Notes: generated by a model not told the origin, from the letters alone. A DNA stretch of 61,466 nt from an uncultured Rickettsiales bacterium (GCA_905478245.1 CAJQHT010000009.1:1-61466), one strand, 5' to 3'; shown: positions 40,188-50,798, numbered from the stretch's first letter. Numbers and translations: made by a program.

Positions 40188-40221
40188 CCAATCAATAATA
40201 AAAAAACGGATCAACTATAGG
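40188..40221 (-). repeat. Remnant of the REP-unit tail seen at 4411-4443
   Basis: CCAATCAATAATAAAAAAACGGATCAACTATAGG versus the reverse complement of 4411-4443, CCAATGACATAAAAACAACGGATCAATTATAGG. Confidence 0.55.
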
Positions 40222-40228
40222 AATAAAT

Positions 40229-41065
40229 CTAAGCAATTTGCATGGCTGAAGCAGTTTGATCTTTTTGATCTTTTTGTTCCACCCTCTCAACTTCATTAAC
40301 CTTAGTTACTTTATTTGAAGGCTCAGCTGTACTAATATCCAATCCCGCTTCTGATGCTGTTCTTTTAGGGCGTGATTTTTGATCATTTTGTATGGCAGAC
40401 TCTGTCAATATAGGATCATTTGGTTCATTAGTCATTATAGGAAGGGGTAGTTTTTTTCCTTCTGCAATACTATTATTCCTACGACTAATACATTCGTTTA
40501 CCTCCTCAAAAGACTTATACTTACAATATTGTATAATAAATTCATATCCAAATTTATCTTGCTTATTAATACATAAATTTACCAATTCTTTTACTTTAGA
40601 ATTATTATCATGATTTAAAAAAACATTTAACTGCTTTGATTTATTAATCGATAAATAATCCATAATTATCCCCTTGACACCTGTAACAGAAATATGATCA
40701 AAAACTAATTCACTCACCTTACTTTCATAATTTTCAACTGAAATTTGAGAAGAATCTTCATAGCCTCCAGTAAGAAGTGGTAAATTATCAAAAATATGAT
40801 CTAACGCCCGCCATTTATAATAAAACTTTGTAGCAACCATTATATCTGTGAATTGCCTATAATTATTTCTTGTTACACCCCTACTCCTTAAAGCATTGCG
40901 AAAGTCATTAATATTTTCTTGCACAAATGGTAATGCAGCATTTTCTTCAGAAAATAAATAATTAAAATCATTATAAAAATCCTTAACTATACTATTTAAT
41001 TCTATTCTGAGGAATCGTATTTCTTGCGCTGGACTTAATGTTTTTGAATCTGTTGTTTTTGGCAT
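40229..41065 (-). CDS. Hypothetical protein with a charged, disordered C-terminus; candidate effector
   Basis: 278-aa ORF coupled to rlmH; no recognised family. Confidence 0.75.
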   Translation of the reverse strand: MPKTTDSKTLSPAQEIRFLRIELNSIVKDFYNDFNYLFSEENAALPFVQENINDFRNALRSRGVTRNNYRQFTDIMVATKFYYKWRALDHIFDNLPLLTGGYEDSSQISVENYESKVSELVFDHISVTGVKGIIMDYLSINKSKQLNVFLNHDNNSKVKELVNLCINKQDKFGYEFIIQYCKYKSFEEVNECISRRNNSIAEGKKLPLPIMTNEPNDPILTESAIQNDQKSRPKRTASEAGLDISTAEPSNKVTKVNEVERVEQKDQKDQTASAMQIA

Positions 41066-41071
41066 TTTATA

Positions 41072-41533
41072 CTAATCCTTATGATATGGATGATTATTTA
41101 TTATAAGATATGAACGATATAGCTGCTCCGATAACATTGCGCGAACCATCATATGTGGGAAAGTCATTTTTCCAAAAGAAATTATTTTATTTGCTGATTT
41201 CTTAATGTCATCACTTACTCCATTAGCCCCACCAATTATAAAAGATAAATCCTTTATTGCTTGATTTTGGAATTTGACAATATTATTTGCAAATTCTCGA
41301 CTAGTGATATTTTCTCCTTTTTCATCAAGTAAAATAATTTTGCTATTTTGTGGTATTTTATTCATAATTAATTGTGCTTCTTTATTTTTAACTTCATCAT
41401 TACTACCAAAAGCCTTACTATTTATTTCAATTAAATTAATTTTAGTTTTAGTTTTTTTAATATAATCAAAAAATAATGACGAATAAGAACAGTTTTTTTT
41501 AAACTTCCCTATTGTTATAATATTTATTTGCAT
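41072..41533 (-). CDS. rlmH: 23S rRNA pseudouridine-1915 N3-methyltransferase
   Basis: LDEKG, FIIGGANG, SFGKMTFPH, EQLYR, HPYH. Confidence 0.96.
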   Translation of the reverse strand: MQINIITIGKFKKNCSYSSLFFDYIKKTKTKINLIEINSKAFGSNDEVKNKEAQLIMNKIPQNSKIILLDEKGENITSREFANNIVKFQNQAIKDLSFIIGGANGVSDDIKKSANKIISFGKMTFPHMMVRAMLSEQLYRSYLIINNHPYHKD

Positions 41534-41614
41534 AGAGGATAATATTATTGTAATTTAATTTTAAATATGATATTATCTTATCTTTAATAAAGATCCATAT
41601 ATAAATTTATCATT

Positions 41615-42112
41615 ATGAGTAAAATTGCAATTTACCCTGGCAGCTTTGACCCAATTACATTTGGCCATCTTGATATAATAAAAGGCGCCTTAAAAATTGT
41701 TGATCATTTAATTATCGCAGTTGCTAAAGATAATAATAAAAACCCCCTATTCTCTTTAGAAAAAAGGGTAGAAATGGTACAAAATGAGATTAAGGGTTTA
41801 ATTCAAAATAATAAAATAATCAAAGTTAAGGCATTTGATGGCTTGCTAGTCAATTTCGCCGCTCAAAATAATTCCAAAATTATTATCCGTGGATTAAGAG
41901 CTGTCTCTGATTTTGAATATGAATTTCAGATGTCTGGCATGAATTCTAAATTAAATAATGATATTCAAACAATATTTTTACCAGCCTGTGAATCAACACA
42001 ATTTATTGCTTCCAAACTCGTAAAAGAAGTCGCTAGATTAAACGGTAATATTGATGAATTTGTTTCAAAAAATGTTAAAAAAGAGTTAAATGACATCTTT
42101 GGCAAAAAATAA
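41615..42112 (+). CDS. coaD: Phosphopantetheine adenylyltransferase
   Basis: YPGSFDPITFGH, RGLRAVSDFEYE. Confidence 0.97.
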   Translation: MSKIAIYPGSFDPITFGHLDIIKGALKIVDHLIIAVAKDNNKNPLFSLEKRVEMVQNEIKGLIQNNKIIKVKAFDGLLVNFAAQNNSKIIIRGLRAVSDFEYEFQMSGMNSKLNNDIQTIFLPACESTQFIASKLVKEVARLNGNIDEFVSKNVKKELNDIFGKK

Positions 42113-43088
42113 AGATAAAAAACTAATATGGGTTTTAAAAGATGATCGGCCCGGGAATTATTCTCAAGCAATATCACTAGCTAAATCACTGAATTTTCCC
42201 TATAAAATCAAAGAAATATCCTACAATAAATTAGCAATTTTGCCAAATTTCCTAAAATTTAGCAAATTATCAACTATCAATCAAAATTCTAAAAATAACT
42301 TAATCAAGCAAAAAGAAATACCTGATATCATCATTTCTGCCGGCAGAAGATCAGCTCTTATTGCTCTTGACTTAAAGAAAATTTATTCAAATGTTTTTTT
42401 GATAAATATAATGAATCCCGGGAAAAAGTTAATTAAAAAATTTGATTTAATTATTGCACCATTTCATGATAATTTAACAAATAAAAATGTTATATCCATC
42501 CCTGGAGCCTTTACCTATAATGATCAAGATTTAATTGATCAAGAATATAAAAAATTTTCTAATATTTTTAATAATATAAAATCACCAAAAATAGCCTTAT
42601 TAATTGGCGGCTCTTCTAAAAATGCTAAATTTAATCAGAGTGATATCGTTAATTTCAAGAATGTAATTAATAATATCTCTAATAATATGAAGGCTAATCT
42701 ACTTGTTACAACTAGCCGCAGAACTGATGATTTCATTACTGATGAATTATCAAAATTAGATAATATTAGTTATTTTTTTAAGTGGCAAGAGCAGAAAGAA
42801 AATCCATATTATGCAATTTTAAAAGCAGCGGATTATATAATTACAACAGGAGATTCTATTTCAATGTGCTGTGAAGCTATTAATTTCCAAAAACCATTAT
42901 ATATTTATTTAGGAAATAATTTATGCTCGAAAAAACATCTATTATTTCATAAAAATCTTTTTAAATTTACTAATGCTAAAGAATTATCAAATAATCTAAA
43001 TATTCTCAAAGAAACAAAAGCAATTTCTAACTTTAATCTAAATGAAATTATAGATTCAATTAAAAGAAATATAAAAAATCAATTTTAG
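42090..43088 (+). CDS. ELM1/DUF1022-family glycosyltransferase-like protein
   Basis: WVL.D.RPGN.SQ, PDIIISAGRR, LIGG, TTSRRT, NPY, TGDSISMCCEA. Confidence 0.85.
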   Translation: MTSLAKNKDKKLIWVLKDDRPGNYSQAISLAKSLNFPYKIKEISYNKLAILPNFLKFSKLSTINQNSKNNLIKQKEIPDIIISAGRRSALIALDLKKIYSNVFLINIMNPGKKLIKKFDLIIAPFHDNLTNKNVISIPGAFTYNDQDLIDQEYKKFSNIFNNIKSPKIALLIGGSSKNAKFNQSDIVNFKNVINNISNNMKANLLVTTSRRTDDFITDELSKLDNISYFFKWQEQKENPYYAILKAADYIITTGDSISMCCEAINFQKPLYIYLGNNLCSKKHLLFHKNLFKFTNAKELSNNLNILKETKAISNFNLNEIIDSIKRNIKNQF

Positions 43089-43311
43089 GAGTGATGTCAA
43101 ATTCACAGATAATAACAAAAGATTTCTTGGATAAATTATTAAAATAAAATCATCATTATAACTATATCTCACAAGGCTTTTTATAGACTTTTATTAAAAC
43201 ATATAGAGTTAGATTGATTATTAATTTTAACCTACTTTAAAAGCTAAGAAATGTTATTAAAGATAAGGTCTAGCATTATTCTTTTGACATTCATAAAAGC
43301 AATAATCTTGA

Positions 43312-43340
43312 TTGACTTTATTTCACTTCTAATTTATAAT
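43312..43340 (+). promoter_or_regulatory. Near-consensus sigma70 promoter upstream of virB6
   Basis: TTGACT-N17-TATAAT about 105 bp before the start. Confidence 0.55.
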
Positions 43341-43444
43341 TTATCTTTAATACTAAAGACCAATTATGAGTTGGTATTAAATCAAAAATTCAAAAAGACA
43401 TTACGTTTTTCAAGAATTTTCTTAAATTATATATTTATTTCACT

Positions 43445-46400
43445 TTGCAAAAATTTAATAATTTAACATCAAAAATTAAATCTTGGCGCAATATAGTCCT
43501 AACCACCCTTCTTCTTGTAGTCTCTTCTTGTGACTGGGTTGGTACTTATGTCGAATGTATTGAAGCGGATGATTTTGGGGAATATAAATATGAAACGGTT
43601 AGAGTTTATGCCAAAGGAGGCACTGCTAATTGTGACTATAACGAATCATTAACTATTGATGAATTAGGACCAATTCTTTCTGAATGTCTATATCGTTCAT
43701 ATACAGCAGTCGACAGCACTGTGTATCCAGGAGGATGTCTGGATACTACCATATCAGCTAGCGATGGTACAGCTTGTGTTAATAGCTGCATAGCAGAATG
43801 TAACTATTTGGCACTTTCCTCTGGAGATGAACCATACTGGGAGGCAACTGATATAGATTTCATAATGGAGCCTAATACTGAAATTACCATAAAAGCCACT
43901 GGCACAATGAGTCTAGAAACAAATACCGAATATGGTCCGTTCAAGGTCTATTCTGACATTAAAGAATTACACATCAAAGATAGTAACGGGGATGATAAAC
44001 CAACCATGCTAATACCAGGAAGCACTTTTATACCAGAATTTAAATTTAACAATTTAACAGATGATGACAAAACTTATTCAGTAAATAATTTAGCAGACAT
44101 CTACAATGCCGCAACAAGATTATTTGCATATCTTGATAATTACACCCAAAGAGATTCTTCTGACTGGAGTTGTCATTATACCGATCTCACTTGTCGTGAT
44201 GCAAACTGGGATTCAATTGGGTACAATGGTTCAACTTCAACAAATTTTAATTTTGATAAATTATTATTATCCAGCGACTTTGATCCAGCAGCAGAAGGTT
44301 ATATAAACTTAGGAAATATATCATCTTCATTCACAATCCCATCTTCAAATGACTATTATAAAATAGCACTTAAAAATAATGCTCCGGATAGCATTAGTTC
44401 TGATTGCGCTGGAAATTTAAATATTTCCAACATAGGGGATCTAACAATAAATGGAAATTGGAAAGAATTTTATGTTAAACCAGGTGATATTGTCTCCAAT
44501 AGCGGCAATTCTGAACAATTTTATTATTATGATGAAGGTGATGGAAGCTACGATGGAAGCAATGATTTTCCTGTTTTAATCACAGAGCCAGATACCAACG
44601 TTCAATCCGGACAAGCTGTTGCAACAATTTATGGCGATAATAACCTTTCCAGCGGAAGTGATAATTTTACATTTACTTCTAATGGTTCATATAATACAAG
44701 CATAGAATTAACAAGCACAGGAGCTGAGGAATTTAACTTACTGAATGAAGGAGGAAGTACTACCATGGCTCAATTCATTACAGATAATATAAGCGCTATA
44801 AAATCAGGAGATTGTAATAATTCTTTTTATAAATATACACTCTTACCACTAAATTCTTTTACAGTTAGTCAGGATACTTCAGGATTTTTAAAATTCAAAC
44901 AACTTAATCATAAAGAAAATGAAGGAGATCTATCAACCGGCATAACCAACTCATGTGATTTTAATTTAAAAATTCTAACTAAAGAGTCAACTTATGAATA
45001 TAGTGATAGAACATCTTCTGATTATAATATTTCCGTAACAGGCAACTCAAATGGTAGTGAAAACTGGACAAATGAAGAAATATTTGTTAGAAATGGTCAA
45101 ACTATTTTATATGATTCTTATTATTACGATGACAACGATGATTTATGGAAATGGCAAACTAATAACTATATTAATAATCATTTTAATTGCGGATTTGGCG
45201 TAAAGGTAAAATTCGAACCAAGGCCAGCGATATTTTGCAGTGGTACCGAGACACGTACAGATATCGTATCCCCAAGCTGTAATGTAGTAAACGGTCAGTG
45301 CGACAGCTATAATAGCCTTTGTTTAGGTACACCCTGCGGATCTGATCAAACGATTTGGGATGTTTATCAGGATAAAAGTTTGTGGAGTAGCACCACGGGA
45401 AGAAACGAAACTTTCAACGGTTGCTATGATTCATCAGAAACATTTTGTATGGATTATGATACCTCATGTCAAGACAGCACTGACTGTCAACAATTTTCTG
45501 ACGCAGATGGGAATCAAATTGATGATGCAGATACTAAATGCATAGAATGCAAGAATATTAGATATTCAGAGATTACTTATCAAGAAATTAATCAAGATCT
45601 ATGCTATAATATTGACGATTATAGTGATAGTTTAGAGGTTTTCCTTTCCTTGTCAGATTCAGATACAAATAAAAGTTCTCATAAAATAGAATCATTTGAT
45701 ACTTCATTCGGTAATTTTTCTGATTTTACTGAATCTACTAGTGGAGGATATTATATATTAGATACTTCCATGAATTCATCAGGAAATCTAAAATTTTTAT
45801 ATATAGCAGGTGAAGCTTTAAGCTCAAATAATTATTTCAAAAATCTAGATAATCAATATCAAGGAAATTCAGGAAATTATGAAATCAAAATAAGTGGTAA
45901 TGAGAATTTCTTTAACGGCGGTAAATTAGAGGCACATCTTTGCTTTGATGCAAAAGATGGTGATGACAACTGGGAATATAGATGCTCTCAAAATAATATT
46001 ACTAATAGCATATCTGATCGTATCGTTGATTTGGAAAACCCATCAAATTCTAACTACCTATTTGATTCTAGTGGATATTTATTCACAGAAGGAAATAATG
46101 AATCAATAAAAGAATATTACGAATTTCCTAAAAACATAATTAGCACAGATCCAGAGAGTAATAATTACTCAAAATATCAAAATCTAAGATTAACTTTCAA
46201 AATTAACGATGATAAAAGAGGTAATTGCACAGGAAGCAATGGAAGCTGGTCTGACTGCACCAATAGCACTACTGATGCAAACTGTAATTATGTAAAATTT
46301 GAGAATCCTTATTACGATGATAAAACTGATAGTAATAAAAATGTTATATGCCATGATTCAGGTGCTCCTACTACTGATAATAATGGCAATCAATGTGAAG

Positions 46401-49027
46401 CACAATATTACTGCGCAAGTAAATATGCTGATAATAGCGGCTATTATGATATCCGAATTCAGGCACCAAAGAATGAAACTGATTATATGGATATTCCAAC
46501 TAAAATCATTAATCCCTTAATAGCCTTAATGGATGGAGACAAAGATAATGCCGGATATGTCGAAAGAGTTTACAAATCCATTGTTGCTGATTCTAATTTT
46601 CAGACTATTGCAAAATTAATTTTTACTTTAGCAATAGTATTTTATGGTATTGGTTATTTTATGGGTGTTAGCGAATTTACAAAATCAGAATTAATAATCA
46701 GGATATTTAAAGTTGGGCTAATTTATTTCTTTATTGGAGAAGGTGGCTGGGATGCCTTTAATAAATATTTTGTTTCATTCTTTAAAGATGGGGTAGATTT
46801 TCTAACATTTATGATGGCTAGTTCATTTAGCGATTCTGAAGATTTAACGGCAGCTATAGCAAATAATGATTTTAGCAATAAGGGAATATTATTTAGCAGT
46901 GTCAATGACGTACTAAATATGCTAGTATCTGGACCAGTAATACAAAAAACTACATCTCTTTTATTTGCAAGCTTGTTTGGATGGGCATATATGTATTTAA
47001 TTGTCATGGCTTTCTTCATATATATAGGCGCGGTAGCAAATGCTATCTTAATATATATCACAGCACAAATATTCATCTCAATTCTTTTTCTAATTGGTCC
47101 ATTATTCTTTTTATTCTTATTTTTCAAACAAACGCAGGGCATGTTTGATAAATGGCTAACTCAATTAATTAGTTTTTCTCTACAGCAAATCTTACTACTC
47201 ACAACATTAGTATTTTTTAACATGATGATGTATGAAGTTATTAAAATGGCTCTTGGATTTAGAATATGCTGGGATTCAGTTTGGGTAATTAACATTCCTT
47301 TCAGATTAGTGCTTCTTTCATATTGGTATCCAGCATCATTACCTCCGTCAATCGATGATCAAAGTGCAGCTGGAGATATTGGGATTAATACCGGCATTCC
47401 ATCATTCTTCTCAATTTTATTTATATGGGTTATAGCAAAACTCATGGCTCACTTTATTACTTTTATGGTCACCATTGCAACCGCTATTTCTGGCGGGATC
47501 TCATCTGCAACCATTGCCTCTGGCGTACAAGGCGCTGCTTCCGCAGCCATGAAAGAAGTTAAAGCTAGTGGAGCTTATAAAAAAACAATTGAAGCTGCTA
47601 ATGATGCCGTCAGTGGAGCAGTAAGAGAAGGCATGGCAACAATAGATAATAAACTTTTTGATTCTGGTGCAAAAGCAGATAAAGAAAGAACTGATTCAGA
47701 GAAAATGAGAGGCGCGATCCCTTCAATGAAAGAAGCTGGTAAAAATGCCGTTGATAAATTCAAAAAAACTTCAGAATATAATAACATGTCAAAAACAGAA
47801 CAAAAAGACAAACTAAAAGAAGTTGCAGAAAAGGCACAAAGAAGTAAAGCAGAATCTCTAGGATTTGATGAAAAAGCAACAAATAAAATAATGAAAGGAA
47901 AAATTCCTAACAATGATCGAGACCTTCTTGGTGCAGCGAAAAACGCAATAAATACAATAAATTTTGATCAAGAAAATAAGAATATTGACACCGGCTTGAC
48001 CTCATCACAATTAAAAGATCTTAAAGACAATACTGCTACAGAAGATGGTAAAAAGAAAATAGATAAAAAAATAGAAAATCATGAAATACAAATGAAAGAA
48101 CAAGGAACGTTCGAAAAACGCGCAGATGAATTTGAAAGAAAAGCCAGAAAAGCAAAAGCAGAAAATAGAAAGATGGATCAAATAGGAAATTTAGCAGGAG
48201 AAAAAGCTGCAAAAACAGCACAAGGAGCTCAAGAAATTACAGAAGGAGTTGGAAGGAGTATTTTGGGATCAGTAGGCGGTGTCTTGGGGGGAGTTGCAGG
48301 AGCATTTAATGGCGTTTATAGAGGAGGGTCTAGCGCATATAATAAACATGAAGGCCTTACTGCTATTGCCGCTACTATTGCCGCAGGATCTCTTGGGCTC
48401 CTTCGAGGAGGGGCTGCTGGAGCTGAAGCTGGGGCTAAACTTAGCTCAACAAAATTTAAAGAAAATATGGACGATATAGCCTTTGACCCTCTAATGAGAA
48501 AATCAGATAATGACCTTAAAGCGCATTCAGACGAAAGACAGGAAAGGGCAGACTTCCAGCAAGGACTTGAAGGTGGAGAAAGGCCAAAAAACCAATCGAA
48601 GGAAGATTATGCGGCGACAGAAATTGGCAGGCTTGACGCACAAGAAAAGATGCTGCTTAAAAGTAAAACTCCAGAAAACAACGAGACAATAGAAAGTAAA
48701 ATTGGGCTTATTAATGAAAAAAGAGATAAACTTATAAAAAAGCATCCCGACCTAGGCCAAAACATAAGCAACAAATCAGAAGAAGCACACTTAGCTGCAC
48801 AATCTAAAGATGCAGCATATCGAGCAAAAACAGCTCCACCGCCAGTAGACAAAAAGCTTCAAGACACTATAACATCATCAAGCTCACCAACAAGTACCGC
48901 TAAGTCTGCATCGTCGTCATCATCCACATCGCCAGCAACAGAATTAAGTCCGGATGCCAAGAGGGATGACGAGATAAATGATCAAACACAAGCCCTAAAC
49001 GATCCTAACCAAGATAATGACCTATAA
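43445..49027 (+). CDS. virB6: Giant type IV secretion VirB6/TrbL-family protein (Rickettsiales RvhB6-like), 1860 aa
   Basis: Lipobox-like VSSC; CIEADDFG N-terminal motif; polytopic VirB6 region (GPLFFLFLFFKQTQGMFDKWL..LISFSLQ); charged cytoplasmic tail. Confidence 0.88.
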   Translation: MQKFNNLTSKIKSWRNIVLTTLLLVVSSCDWVGTYVECIEADDFGEYKYETVRVYAKGGTANCDYNESLTIDELGPILSECLYRSYTAVDSTVYPGGCLDTTISASDGTACVNSCIAECNYLALSSGDEPYWEATDIDFIMEPNTEITIKATGTMSLETNTEYGPFKVYSDIKELHIKDSNGDDKPTMLIPGSTFIPEFKFNNLTDDDKTYSVNNLADIYNAATRLFAYLDNYTQRDSSDWSCHYTDLTCRDANWDSIGYNGSTSTNFNFDKLLLSSDFDPAAEGYINLGNISSSFTIPSSNDYYKIALKNNAPDSISSDCAGNLNISNIGDLTINGNWKEFYVKPGDIVSNSGNSEQFYYYDEGDGSYDGSNDFPVLITEPDTNVQSGQAVATIYGDNNLSSGSDNFTFTSNGSYNTSIELTSTGAEEFNLLNEGGSTTMAQFITDNISAIKSGDCNNSFYKYTLLPLNSFTVSQDTSGFLKFKQLNHKENEGDLSTGITNSCDFNLKILTKESTYEYSDRTSSDYNISVTGNSNGSENWTNEEIFVRNGQTILYDSYYYDDNDDLWKWQTNNYINNHFNCGFGVKVKFEPRPAIFCSGTETRTDIVSPSCNVVNGQCDSYNSLCLGTPCGSDQTIWDVYQDKSLWSSTTGRNETFNGCYDSSETFCMDYDTSCQDSTDCQQFSDADGNQIDDADTKCIECKNIRYSEITYQEINQDLCYNIDDYSDSLEVFLSLSDSDTNKSSHKIESFDTSFGNFSDFTESTSGGYYILDTSMNSSGNLKFLYIAGEALSSNNYFKNLDNQYQGNSGNYEIKISGNENFFNGGKLEAHLCFDAKDGDDNWEYRCSQNNITNSISDRIVDLENPSNSNYLFDSSGYLFTEGNNESIKEYYEFPKNIISTDPESNNYSKYQNLRLTFKINDDKRGNCTGSNGSWSDCTNSTTDANCNYVKFENPYYDDKTDSNKNVICHDSGAPTTDNNGNQCEAQYYCASKYADNSGYYDIRIQAPKNETDYMDIPTKIINPLIALMDGDKDNAGYVERVYKSIVADSNFQTIAKLIFTLAIVFYGIGYFMGVSEFTKSELIIRIFKVGLIYFFIGEGGWDAFNKYFVSFFKDGVDFLTFMMASSFSDSEDLTAAIANNDFSNKGILFSSVNDVLNMLVSGPVIQKTTSLLFASLFGWAYMYLIVMAFFIYIGAVANAILIYITAQIFISILFLIGPLFFLFLFFKQTQGMFDKWLTQLISFSLQQILLLTTLVFFNMMMYEVIKMALGFRICWDSVWVINIPFRLVLLSYWYPASLPPSIDDQSAAGDIGINTGIPSFFSILFIWVIAKLMAHFITFMVTIATAISGGISSATIASGVQGAASAAMKEVKASGAYKKTIEAANDAVSGAVREGMATIDNKLFDSGAKADKERTDSEKMRGAIPSMKEAGKNAVDKFKKTSEYNNMSKTEQKDKLKEVAEKAQRSKAESLGFDEKATNKIMKGKIPNNDRDLLGAAKNAINTINFDQENKNIDTGLTSSQLKDLKDNTATEDGKKKIDKKIENHEIQMKEQGTFEKRADEFERKARKAKAENRKMDQIGNLAGEKAAKTAQGAQEITEGVGRSILGSVGGVLGGVAGAFNGVYRGGSSAYNKHEGLTAIAATIAAGSLGLLRGGAAGAEAGAKLSSTKFKENMDDIAFDPLMRKSDNDLKAHSDERQERADFQQGLEGGERPKNQSKEDYAATEIGRLDAQEKMLLKSKTPENNETIESKIGLINEKRDKLIKKHPDLGQNISNKSEEAHLAAQSKDAAYRAKTAPPPVDKKLQDTITSSSSPTSTAKSASSSSSTSPATELSPDAKRDDEINDQTQALNDPNQDNDL

Positions 49028-49757
49028 AACAAATATCAATTTAACCAGCCATCTATTTGAAATTAGAAAAAGATTGATTCAAATAATTATTTTTTTTCTT
49101 TGTTCATTTTTAATATCATATTATTTTATTGAACAAATTTATAATTTTTTACTCAATCCTTTACTTTTAACTTACGGCGCAGAAAGTGGTAAAAGAATTA
49201 TTTATACCGGCCTAACAGAAGCTTTCATAACTTATGTTCGCCTGGCATTCTTATCGGCCCTATTTTTAAGTACTCCTTTTTTATTAAGTCAGATTTATTT
49301 ATTTATTTCTCCAGGTCTTTATAAGAAGGAAAGGAAATTAATGTTATTTTTATTAATCTCTATACCATTATTATTCTTATTGGGAGCTATATTATTATAT
49401 TATTTCATTTTACCTATAGCATTCAAATTTTTTATTAGCTTCGAATTATCTGGTAATTTAAACTCTATTCCAATTGAGTTAGAGGCTAGAATTAGTGAAT
49501 ATTTAAGTTTAATAGTAAAATTAATTTTTGGCTTTGGCTTCGCTTTTCAAATACCAGTTTTTTTATTAATTTTAGTGAAAACAGAATTAATCACTATAGA
49601 ATCATTAAAATCTAAACGTAAATATTGGATTTTATTAATTTTTATTTTGGCAGCTATATTAACTCCTCCTGATATATTTAGCCAAATATTTTTAGCAATT
49701 CCTATGATATTATTATATGAAGTTGCCTTATTAATCGCAAAAAAGATAGTTAAATGA
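49017..49757 (+). CDS. tatC: Twin-arginine translocase subunit C
   Basis: HLFEIRKRL, FISPGLY, FQIP, LTPPD, LYE. Confidence 0.95.
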   Translation: MTYKTNINLTSHLFEIRKRLIQIIIFFLCSFLISYYFIEQIYNFLLNPLLLTYGAESGKRIIYTGLTEAFITYVRLAFLSALFLSTPFLLSQIYLFISPGLYKKERKLMLFLLISIPLLFLLGAILLYYFILPIAFKFFISFELSGNLNSIPIELEARISEYLSLIVKLIFGFGFAFQIPVFLLILVKTELITIESLKSKRKYWILLIFILAAILTPPDIFSQIFLAIPMILLYEVALLIAKKIVK

Positions 49758-50038
49758 ACAATAAAAACAACGAAATTGATCAAATACAGGATAAAATTCT
49801 AGGTCCAAGTAAATATTCTAATTCAAAAAAGAAAAAACAAAAAACAATCATTAAAAAAGATCCCAAGATTTCCAAGCAAAATCACGATTTAAAAGTTAAA
49901 ATTAAGAATTTACAAAAAGAAATTACAAGAATTAATGATTCTAACGGTAGCGATGTTAAAAAAGAAACCCTAGAAAAGAAATTAGCAAAATTAATTAAAT
50001 TAAATAAAGATATTTTTAAAAAATCTTTAAAAGAGTAA
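49754..50038 (+). CDS. Small basic coiled-coil hypothetical protein
   Basis: ATGA overlap with the tatC stop; Lys-rich 94 aa. Confidence 0.55.
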   Translation: MNNKNNEIDQIQDKILGPSKYSNSKKKKQKTIIKKDPKISKQNHDLKVKIKNLQKEITRINDSNGSDVKKETLEKKLAKLIKLNKDIFKKSLKE

Positions 50039-50049
50039 TTTATAATATA

Positions 50050-50712
50050 ATGATTTTAGCGGTTATAATTAGAGATTTAAAATTAGCTTACAGCAAAATA
50101 GGGCAATTATTTAATTCTGTTATATTTTTCTTTATTACAGTTAGTGTTTTTGCTTTATCATTTACTAAATCTCAAATTATCAATGATTTATCAAGCCAAA
50201 TTGCCATTATTTGGTTTTGTTTGTTATTTTCAATCATGCTTAGTGTTAATAACTTTTTAAAAGATGATTATAAAGACGGCACCTTGGAGCAAATATTAAT
50301 AAAACAAAATGAATTTGAATTTTTTATTTTAGCAAAATTAATTGCAAATTGGTTAATTTACTGCTTACCTTTAATATTATTTATTCCTTTAATAATGTTA
50401 ATTTTAAAAATAAATTTTGATATTTGGTTAAATATTATTATTATTGCCATTATTTCCACCTTAATCATCAATTTCATTGGATGTTTTTGTGCCTCTTTAA
50501 TTTTAGCAAATAATAAAAATGAATCCTTACTGGCAATATTAATTTTACCATTAATAATTCCGGTAATTATTTTTGCAAATAGCGCCTTTATAGATACACA
50601 TCTCAATAATTTCATTGATGCAATAATTTTCCTAGGTTTTATATTTAGCTTCATCGCTCCTATTTTAATTTTCGCCACTAGCTTTGCCATAAAAATCATT
50701 ATCAGAAATTAA
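50050..50712 (+). CDS. ccmB: Heme exporter protein B
   Basis: RDLKLA, DDYKDGTLEQ, LAK..NW, ILILPLIIPVIIF. Confidence 0.9.
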   Translation: MILAVIIRDLKLAYSKIGQLFNSVIFFFITVSVFALSFTKSQIINDLSSQIAIIWFCLLFSIMLSVNNFLKDDYKDGTLEQILIKQNEFEFFILAKLIANWLIYCLPLILFIPLIMLILKINFDIWLNIIIIAIISTLIINFIGCFCASLILANNKNESLLAILILPLIIPVIIFANSAFIDTHLNNFIDAIIFLGFIFSFIAPILIFATSFAIKIIIRN

Positions 50713-50740
50713 AAAATATTTAAAAAAGCTAATTTAATTC

Positions 50741-50798
50741 TGGACAAATAAAACTATATATAGTAGTATTATGTCCAGTATCTTACTAGATATTGTAT
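50741..50798 (+). promoter_or_regulatory. nrdA promoter with tandem NrdR boxes
   Basis: AAACTATATATAGTAG (50751) and TTACTAGATATTGTAT (50783), 32 bp apart, match the CwAtATaTwG core; box 1 overlaps TGGACA-N17-TAGTAT. Confidence 0.8.

Noticed and set aside
42090-43088. ELM1 'mitochondrial fission' protein as a host-manipulation factor
   Set aside because: The family name derives from the plant homologue; bacterial members are widespread GT-B-like proteins, and this one has no targeting extension.
43094-43147. 17-codon ORF MSNSQIITKDFLDKLLK behind AGGAG
   Set aside because: Too short to assign; may be a gene remnant.
43251-43466. 71-aa ORF upstream of virB6
   Set aside because: AT-rich, overlaps the predicted virB6 promoter, no recognisable features.
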